Source: an uncultured Bacteriovoracaceae bacterium (GTDB lineage: Bacteria; Bdellovibrionota; Bacteriovoracia; Bacteriovoracales; Bacteriovoracaceae). From it: a DNA stretch of 64,000 nucleotides. Below the pieces are notes generated by a model, which was not told the DNA's origin, did not search any database, and saw only the letters and a list, made by a program, of their open reading frames with translations. Made by a program: the position numbers and the translations under genes. Location: assembly GCA_964012805.1 (NCBI GenBank), contig CAXGUD010000002.1:1-64000 (forward strand). Direction: 5' to 3'. Shown one piece after another: positions 56,120-64,000 of the stretch (the stretch's first letter is position 1; the number at the start of each line of letters is the position of its first letter).

Positions 56120-56491
56120 ATGAAAATACTTGTTGTGGAAGATACAGAAGAATACAGAAACAAAATCACTGAAGCTCTTCTCATAAGAGGAGATGAAGTA
56201 TTTCATGCGTCAAATGGCCAAGAAGGTCTCGATCTAATTAAAAATAAAGATGACCTCGATTTTATCATTACTGATTTACATATGCCGATAATGGATGGGA
56301 TCACAATGCTTCAAGAGCTTAAAATGGACCCCAACTACACAAGAAATATTCCCGTTCTTATGCTAACGACTGAAGCAAACAAAGAGTTAAAACAAAAAGG
56401 GCAAAAAGCCGGAGTGAGCAGATGGCTTTTAAAACCTGTTACCACTCAAGTCCTCTTCAGAATTTTAGACTCAATTGAAGCAAAACTTTAA
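56120..56491 (+). CDS. CheY-like response regulator
   Basis: VVED, ITDLHMPIMDG, LTTE, KP. Confidence 0.92.
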   Translation: MKILVVEDTEEYRNKITEALLIRGDEVFHASNGQEGLDLIKNKDDLDFIITDLHMPIMDGITMLQELKMDPNYTRNIPVLMLTTEANKELKQKGQKAGVSRWLLKPVTTQVLFRILDSIEAKL

Positions 56492-56570
56492 TTTTTTATT
56501 GTAAATCGTATTCAAAAAGTGGTAAGTGTTCCAAAAATTCCAGTTATTTAGAATTAAGGAGGCTTATACA

Positions 56571-57050
56571 ATGGATGAAAGACAAAAAGCTCAAAGTGTA
56601 GGAGACATACCTTCTGGACTCTATATTGTTTGCTCACAAAATAATGATGGCCACAAAGATGGTTATCTAGCAAGTTGGGTACAGCAGGCTTCTTTTAAAC
56701 CTCTTCTCATTTCACTATCTATAAACGAAAGCCGTCCAGGCTACAAACACATAGTTGAAGGTGGGACCTTCACCATTAATATTGTAGGGGACCAAAACTC
56801 GGGCTATTTGAAACATTTTTGGAAAGGTTATGCCCCAGGAGAAGGGCCATTCAATGAAATACCTCATGATGTTTCTCCACAAGGAGGAATTATTATAAAA
56901 GACGCTAAGTCCGTCCTTGAGTGCAAAATGGTATCAAAAACAAAGCCAGGTGACCATACGATCATCTTTGCAGAGGTGCTTTCTTCTTCACCTACTAATG
57001 AGAGTTTTAAATCAAAAGTCCACCTAAGAAAAAATGGACTTGATTACTAA
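56571..57050 (+). CDS. Flavin reductase-like protein
   Basis: IPSGLYIV, ASWVQQASFKP, GDH motif; AAGGAGG RBS favours ATG 56571. Confidence 0.88.
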   Translation: MDERQKAQSVGDIPSGLYIVCSQNNDGHKDGYLASWVQQASFKPLLISLSINESRPGYKHIVEGGTFTINIVGDQNSGYLKHFWKGYAPGEGPFNEIPHDVSPQGGIIIKDAKSVLECKMVSKTKPGDHTIIFAEVLSSSPTNESFKSKVHLRKNGLDY

Positions 57051-57083
57051 GGGATAAAACCCCTCCTTAATATTGAGGACGCC

Positions 57084-57461
57084 ATGAAAGGAATGTTTAA
57101 CCATCTAGGCAACCAATTAAAAAATAGACTGTTCAACACTACTCTTTTAGACGACTCAGATCCTGAGCTTGACCACCTAAGGCGGCTCAGGCGTCTTCGA
57201 AGATTCATGGGAAATATTTCAGCAGAAGAGGGAAGGAGTGTAGAATTAGAAATTGAAGAACTCTCTCTCAAGTTCGGCTATCCGCCTCAACAAATAACAC
57301 AGTTACTAGAGTGGATTATAGAAGGACAAAAAAGCGACCCTCTTTTATACAAAAACAACCTAAGGATGGCCCTTAAGCTTGCAAAGACCTTAGGTCGATC
57401 AAGATGCACTTCACTCACCAAAAAAGACATTGGAGAACTTATTCCTCCTCTGCTCCACTAA
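57084..57461 (+). CDS. Hypothetical protein
   Basis: 125-aa ORF with GAGGA RBS. Confidence 0.65.
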   Translation: MKGMFNHLGNQLKNRLFNTTLLDDSDPELDHLRRLRRLRRFMGNISAEEGRSVELEIEELSLKFGYPPQQITQLLEWIIEGQKSDPLLYKNNLRMALKLAKTLGRSRCTSLTKKDIGELIPPLLH

Positions 57462-57563
57462 GCTAACCTACTCTTTTTTTCATGCTATGGGCCTTTACTT
57501 TAATTTGCAAATCCAAGATCATTAAAAAGGATGGAAAACAAATAGTTATTTAAGGACCTAGAC

Positions 57564-58580
57564 ATGATGTTTAGAAAAAGCAGGGATTGCTTTTACCCCT
57601 CTGAAAGTAGTCTTTCATTTTTTAACTCCTTCCCATGTAAACTTCCCCTCCTATTATTTCTTACTTTTATTTTAACTATGATTTTAAAACCCAACAGAGC
57701 ATTTGGTAACCCCTCATTTGAAGGTCCAAAGAAACATTATTTTTCACTACCGACTAAAGATACGCTCTCAGTTCAAGAAACTAAATCACCTTCTTCAAAA
57801 GGGTCAGTTGTAAGAGGCCCCGTCACAATCCATTTGCCTAGAATTTATAAAAAAAGAAAGGACAACAAAAGTTTCCCTTTACTATTATCCCTTCATGGCT
57901 TCGGGAGCTTTCCACTCTTCCACGAAGGATTCTTCAAACTTAGAAAAGTTGTCAATTCAAAAAAATTTATCTTGGCCACACTTCCTGGCAGCTTTAACAA
58001 AACAGGACAAAGGTTTTGGAACGCTGGAGACTGGTGCTGCGACTTCCATAAAAGTGGCAGAGATGATGTTCGTTATATCCTCCACGTTCTAAAGCGGCTT
58101 AAGAGTCTATACAGTATTAACCCTAAAAAGGTGGCCCTCTTAGGACATTCAAATGGCGGATTTATGTCTTATAGGCTCCTTTGTAAATATCCAGAGCTCT
58201 TCTCAGGAGTCATTTCTATCGCAGGGGCCATGCCAAAGGGAATAGGACTTTGCAAAAAGCCCCACTCAGCCTCTATCCTCCATATCCATGGGAAAAAAGA
58301 CGTTGTTATAAAATATAAAGGATCTCCTTTCCATATAGGCGCAAATGAAACAGTTGCAACCTGGCTAAACCACCAGGAATGCGACACAAAGCGTCACAAA
58401 AAAAAACAAAGCATCATATTAAAGTGGGGCACTTGGCCTAAAATAAGAAAAAGTAAAACGTGGTCTCATTGCCAAACAGGCTCTAAAATTTCTTTTTGGA
58501 GTATTTCTCGAGAAGGTCATTTTGCAGACTTAACGCAAAGTATGAAGTTGAAAATGATTGACTTTATTTTCAAAGACTAA
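57564..58580 (+). CDS. Secreted esterase, PHB depolymerase/LpqC-like alpha/beta hydrolase
   Basis: LHGFG, WNAG.WCC, DDV, GHSNGG, HIHG.KD. Confidence 0.85.
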   Translation: MMFRKSRDCFYPSESSLSFFNSFPCKLPLLLFLTFILTMILKPNRAFGNPSFEGPKKHYFSLPTKDTLSVQETKSPSSKGSVVRGPVTIHLPRIYKKRKDNKSFPLLLSLHGFGSFPLFHEGFFKLRKVVNSKKFILATLPGSFNKTGQRFWNAGDWCCDFHKSGRDDVRYILHVLKRLKSLYSINPKKVALLGHSNGGFMSYRLLCKYPELFSGVISIAGAMPKGIGLCKKPHSASILHIHGKKDVVIKYKGSPFHIGANETVATWLNHQECDTKRHKKKQSIILKWGTWPKIRKSKTWSHCQTGSKISFWSISREGHFADLTQSMKLKMIDFIFKD

Positions 58581-58733
58581 CCTTTGTTCAACTTTATTGT
58601 TGATAACCATTAAATTTCAACAACCTCTTACAGACTAAAGCTCTTATTACTTGCCAGGTGACAGAATCCCTTTGTTATGATCTAAGAACCGTTTCTAACT
58701 TAACAATGATTCGATAAACAGGGGACTTACTTT

Positions 58734-59771
58734 ATGTTCAAGAAAAAAAGTTTCTCATTTATTTTGCTTTTATTACTTTCCTTATTAATTTCTTGCGGCC
58801 AATCACCTGGAGGCGGTGGAAATCCTGGTGGTGGTGGAACACCTAACCCTCCGACTGGTGGATCAAACCCCGGCTATGTCTATGAAGACAATGGTTTACG
58901 TTATACAAAGGAGAACACACCTGTTGTCTTTTATGTTAATAAGGACAAATATAATACACATAAGGCAAGCTTTGATAAAACCGAAGCAGGCTATCGTTCA
59001 AAGTCTGGCAAGCAACTCATTAAGTTTGTCCCACGTGACGGAAACCCAAAGTTTTCGACAATTGAGGATACATCTAATTTGTGGAGTGAAAAAGGTGAAC
59101 GCTGGATTATGTTCAGAGAAAATCAAAGTGAATTCACTGATCTAGATGGTGCGGCAGGTGTTTGCCTTTACTCATGGAACCAAAACAATGAGCTTGTTTA
59201 TGCTGAAATAGTTATTGACAGCCAGACAGTTACAAAAGGTTATTACTTTCAGCAAGTCCTCCTCCACGAAGTAGGACACGCCCTTGGATTCAGTCACACC
59301 TTTGAAGATGACTACTCTCTCATGAATTATAATTATTCATACAAAACTGATGGACTCACTTATCTAGACATCCAAAGAACTCATGAAAAGTATCCGTTCA
59401 GCATGGTTGGAACTTATATAAAAGACCTCGAAAAAATTGCTGCAATTAAAGAAAGTGAGCATAGAAAAAACTATGAAAACTATATAATTGAAAACTACGG
59501 TCTATCAGAAGGAAGGGCCAATGAAGTTGCTAAAGTTGTTTTAGGTTACAAAAAACTAAAATCGAAAAGGTCTCTAACTCAAAGAGATAAAAATATCTTA
59601 ACTGAAAAGCTTTTAGGCTTTGATTATGAAACAGGCAAGAATGCTCTTGCCAAGGTTATCTCAGGCGAAAAGTCTGATGAAATCGAAGAGCTCTTCAAAA
59701 TGGCAGCAGACAAAAATAATATCGAGCCGGAGCACGTTAAAGAACTTGTTGCAGAGGTTTTTCTACAATAG
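58734..59771 (+). CDS. Lipoprotein matrixin-like metalloprotease with extra C-terminal domain
   Basis: LISC lipobox, G/P linker, HEVGHALGFSH, SLMNY Met-turn. Confidence 0.88.
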   Translation: MFKKKSFSFILLLLLSLLISCGQSPGGGGNPGGGGTPNPPTGGSNPGYVYEDNGLRYTKENTPVVFYVNKDKYNTHKASFDKTEAGYRSKSGKQLIKFVPRDGNPKFSTIEDTSNLWSEKGERWIMFRENQSEFTDLDGAAGVCLYSWNQNNELVYAEIVIDSQTVTKGYYFQQVLLHEVGHALGFSHTFEDDYSLMNYNYSYKTDGLTYLDIQRTHEKYPFSMVGTYIKDLEKIAAIKESEHRKNYENYIIENYGLSEGRANEVAKVVLGYKKLKSKRSLTQRDKNILTEKLLGFDYETGKNALAKVISGEKSDEIEELFKMAADKNNIEPEHVKELVAEVFLQ

Positions 59772-59816
59772 TTTTTTAAACTAAAAAGTAGTCAATGGTG
59801 AAGAGGTGGCAGTAAA

Positions 59817-59936
59817 ATGAAAAAGAACAGCAATAGAAAAAAGTTAGTTAACTTTTCTCTTCTATTCATTATTATTGCCATTTCCTTCATACTCATTACT
59901 TTTGTTTTCAACACATTTTTCCATCCCCAAACATGA
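59817..59936 (+). CDS. 39-aa small membrane peptide (not in ORF track)
   Basis: GAGGTG RBS; MKKNSNRKKLVNFSLLFIIIAISFILITFVFNTFFHPQT*. Confidence 0.4.
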   Translation: MKKNSNRKKLVNFSLLFIIIAISFILITFVFNTFFHPQT

Positions 59937-60014
59937 ATTAAACTCAAAAGACTTTAAACATCTTCCATATAATAATATCCTTTTTTAATTTCCGTAATTG
60001 GTTAGAATAGAAGA

Positions 60015-60620
60015 ATGACAATTTATTGTGTTGCCAGAAATTACGCACTTCATGCAAAGGAACTTGGAAACAAGCTACCAAGTGAACCTGTTATTTTTAT
60101 AAAAGCTGATACTTCTCTAAGACCCTTTGGCCAATCTGAAATAGCTTATCCCCACGAAACTTTTCACTACGAAGGAGAAGTTGTCTTAAAAATTGGCAAA
60201 GATACTAAAATCGGCTCAAAGGTAAATCTTGAAATGATTGAGTCCTTTGCTCTTGGAATAGATGTTACCAGAAGAGAAAAACAAACAGAGCTTAAAAAAA
60301 ATGGCCTTCCCTGGACCGTCTCTAAATCATTTTTGGGCTCGGCAATTGTTTCTGAATTCAAACCAAGAGAGCTTTTCCAAGACCCTAATTCAATTTCATT
60401 TCAACTATTAATCAACAAAACCTTAAAACAAGACGGCAATCTTAAAAATATGATTTTTTCTCTTCAAACAATCCTTGAAACCCTACTTGAGTTCACTCCC
60501 TTAAAAAAAGGCGACCTCATATTTACAGGAACCCCTGAAGGTGTCGGGGAGATAAAGCTAGGGGATAGTTTTGAAATGATCTTTCCCGAAATCAATTTCC
60601 ATGAAGAGGGAAAACTCTAG
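60015..60620 (+). CDS. Fumarylacetoacetate hydrolase family protein (YcgM/FAHD1-like)
   Basis: CVARNYALH, PVIFIK, HYEGE, GDLIFTGTPEGVG. Confidence 0.93.
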   Translation: MTIYCVARNYALHAKELGNKLPSEPVIFIKADTSLRPFGQSEIAYPHETFHYEGEVVLKIGKDTKIGSKVNLEMIESFALGIDVTRREKQTELKKNGLPWTVSKSFLGSAIVSEFKPRELFQDPNSISFQLLINKTLKQDGNLKNMIFSLQTILETLLEFTPLKKGDLIFTGTPEGVGEIKLGDSFEMIFPEINFHEEGKL

Positions 60621-60638
60621 CTAGAGAAAAAAATAGTT

Positions 60639-61448
60639 ATGAAAAACCTCTCGCAAAAAAACCTCTTCATATTAATTCCAGGAAACCCAGGCATGTCTTA
60701 TGCCTATGATTACTTTATAAATTCGCTAAAAAAAAGGCATGAAGGAGATCTTTTCTATTGCCACCAACACTTAGGCCAGGCGACTAATGATGATTTTTTT
60801 CCATCCCTCACCATAGAAGACCTCATAAATGACCACAGAGAATTCATAGAGTCCAAAATGAGCCTTCATGGAGAGTGCAATTTAATTCTTATAGGGCATT
60901 CTCTAGGAGGGCTTTTAAGCCTCGAAATCTTCCAAAAAAAACTCCTTCCGATTCATAGAGTTTTCCTTTTATGCCCATTTATTGAACTCTCTTTTCCAAA
61001 TATTTGGTTTGTAAAAGGCCTTAAACGGAAAGGCTTTCAAAATGGACTCAAACGGTTTGTGAATATCGTGGGAAAGGCGCCTGGTCCCCTACAAAAACCT
61101 ATTCAAAACTTTTTCAACCTTGGAGACTACGGGGAGCAAATTTTCGAAGATTTTAACCGCGAAAACTTTAAATACAACTTTTTCTCCCTGCTTCAAAGAT
61201 ACCCCCTCCACTACGAAAACCTAGATTTAATGGATTGGTTAAGAACAAAAGCGGCTCCAGAAGATAAAGAAAAACTCTATTTTATATTTGCAAAAAGAGA
61301 TCCTTGGTCCCCCAAAACACTCTATAAGAAACTTCCAGATTCAATTCCAAAAACATTTGACCCAAGAATTAACCACAACTTTTGCCTCAACTCTTCGCAA
61401 TGTAAAATTATGGCCACTTTAATCCATAAAAGACTTTTCAATTTTTAA
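60639..61448 (+). CDS. Alpha/beta hydrolase resembling lipid-droplet-associated hydrolase (LDAH) family
   Basis: IPGNPG, GHSLGG, DPW, HNF. Confidence 0.8.
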   Translation: MKNLSQKNLFILIPGNPGMSYAYDYFINSLKKRHEGDLFYCHQHLGQATNDDFFPSLTIEDLINDHREFIESKMSLHGECNLILIGHSLGGLLSLEIFQKKLLPIHRVFLLCPFIELSFPNIWFVKGLKRKGFQNGLKRFVNIVGKAPGPLQKPIQNFFNLGDYGEQIFEDFNRENFKYNFFSLLQRYPLHYENLDLMDWLRTKAAPEDKEKLYFIFAKRDPWSPKTLYKKLPDSIPKTFDPRINHNFCLNSSQCKIMATLIHKRLFNF

Positions 61449-61498
61449 AAAGCGTTTTATTATGCGTTTAGAAATTTTCTTTTAAAAGGTAAAGTCTT

Positions 61499-62218
61499 AT
61501 GAACAAAGAAGAATTGTCTGCAAAATTTGATGAGATAGCTGAAGATATCCACTTCTTCAAAAGCCTTTCTAAAAAAGATTTGGGGACATTAAAAAACCAA
61601 TTGGTCTCCCACCGTTATAAAAAAAGCCAGATTATTCTATTCCAAGGTGGAAGAAACTTTGGAGTTTACTTCGTTTTAAGTGGAAGTGTAAAAATAACAA
61701 GGTCTGAAAAAAATAACCGAGAATCATGCCTTAAATTCCTTAAAAAAGGTGATGTTTTTGGCTTTGAAAACCTCTTTAGAGATCAATCTTTTATAACCGT
61801 TCAATCACTCCAAGACTCCATCGTTAGCTTCATTCCAAAAGAGTTTTTCCTGTCATTTGTTGAGTCCAACCCAAAACTAGCTCTTGGACTTTTAAAATAT
61901 TCAAATGACCTCATTTGCAATTATCAGGAAAGGTTATCTTACCTTACTCAGAACAATGCAGAGGAAAACCTCGCTAAAGTTCTTCTTGACCTTCACTACG
62001 AGCTTTCAAATTCAGAAAACCTATTGAAGCCCATTGAAAATGGTAAAGCCCCCTACTCTATACCGCTTTCCAGGTCTGACTTGGCCAGCATGATTGGTAC
62101 TGCTCAAGAAACGGCCATAAGACTCCTCTCAAAGTTCAAAGAAGAAGGCTTTATCGAGCAGGAAAAGAGGAAGATTTATGTTAAAAATGTAGATCCAATG
62201 AGAAATATGACTAGGTAA
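61499..62218 (+). CDS. Crp/Fnr family transcriptional regulator
   Basis: cNMP-binding fold (GDVFG); HTH LSRSDLASMIGTAQETAIRLL. Confidence 0.93.
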   Translation: MNKEELSAKFDEIAEDIHFFKSLSKKDLGTLKNQLVSHRYKKSQIILFQGGRNFGVYFVLSGSVKITRSEKNNRESCLKFLKKGDVFGFENLFRDQSFITVQSLQDSIVSFIPKEFFLSFVESNPKLALGLLKYSNDLICNYQERLSYLTQNNAEENLAKVLLDLHYELSNSENLLKPIENGKAPYSIPLSRSDLASMIGTAQETAIRLLSKFKEEGFIEQEKRKIYVKNVDPMRNMTR

Positions 62219-62353
62219 CGGCCCTTCCCTCGGCTCATAAAGTGTCAAGCTGTTACCACTTTTACATAAAAACCAGTAATTTATGTACATTTTATAACAT
62301 CCCTTTCACCAAATTCAAAAAAGCATTATACTTGGGCCCAACTAGGAGCCCTC

Positions 62354-63467
<1,114 letters not shown>

Positions 63468-63481
<14 letters not shown>

Positions 63482-64000
63482 GAACTGAGCGGAAAGTAAG
63501 GTTGATTCTTCCCTCTACAGGTCTTTTTGTAGGAGAGACCCGGTGCTGCCAAACCTTCTGAAAGTCACCAGTCATAACAAGTAGACTTCCATTGTGTAAA
63601 TCGACCTTGTTGGAAGAGCTTTCTCTGCTTTTCAGCTTCGCCCTATAGAGAAAACGCCTCGTGGCCCCTAAGCTTAAAGAAGCAATTACTGGTTGATCAC
63701 CTAATTCCGGCTCGTTATCGCTATGCCAGCCCATATGATGCTTCCCTTCTTCATAATAATTGGCAAGAACACTATTAAAAGAAACTCCAAGCAACCCTTC
63801 AATATCAGGTTTGACCTCTTTTATGCCTGGAGGCCACCCATCAGCGCAAAATTTTTGCCCTGAATAAGAGTAATGGACTCCTTTATCGCCGGCCCATGAG
63901 ACTAACCTTGGAACTGGATGAGATTTACCATAAATAGTAATCCAAGTTTGCTTCCAAGAAACCTCATTTACGCATTGATTATAGAGTCTTAGTGCCTTAT
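63468..64000 (-). CDS. alkB: AlkB-family 2OG-Fe(II) dioxygenase (ALKBH2/3-like), 5' end outside the window
   Basis: GWHSD, WQH, RINLTFR; frame open from 63794 to the edge (YGKSHPVPRLVSW, YSYSG). Confidence 0.9.

Overview
AT-rich (roughly 35-38% GC by eye) bacterial chromosomal segment with about 58 protein genes and no rRNA, tRNA, CRISPR array, IS or prophage that I can see. Gene content suggests a predatory Bdellovibrionota (Bacteriovorax/Halobacteriovorax-like) genome; this is inference. The clues are many secreted hypothetical proteins, proteases and nucleases, orphan receivers, CheA-like membrane kinases, an orphan fliN and an RRM protein. Sampled intergenic DNA changes from G-rich to C-rich on the + strand at about 30-37 kb, suggesting the replication-terminus region. 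Main points: (1) a lone tyrosine recombinase with an unusual insertion, plus a nearly symmetric dif-like 28-bp site (12469-12496), a candidate single-Xer system; (2) a coupled operon of two B12-binding radical SAM enzymes and a Rieske oxygenase of unknown product; (3) about 11 sigma28-like promoters in front of scattered CheW-less CheA-like kinases, orphan receivers, a DNase and a giant secreted protein; (4) a secreted nuclease closely resembling animal DNase I; (5) an unnamed C-terminal domain shared by two lipoproteins; (6) a hydrolase that appears to need an ATA start, and three small membrane ORFs missed by the ORF track. All family calls rest on motifs recognised by eye; no searches were run.
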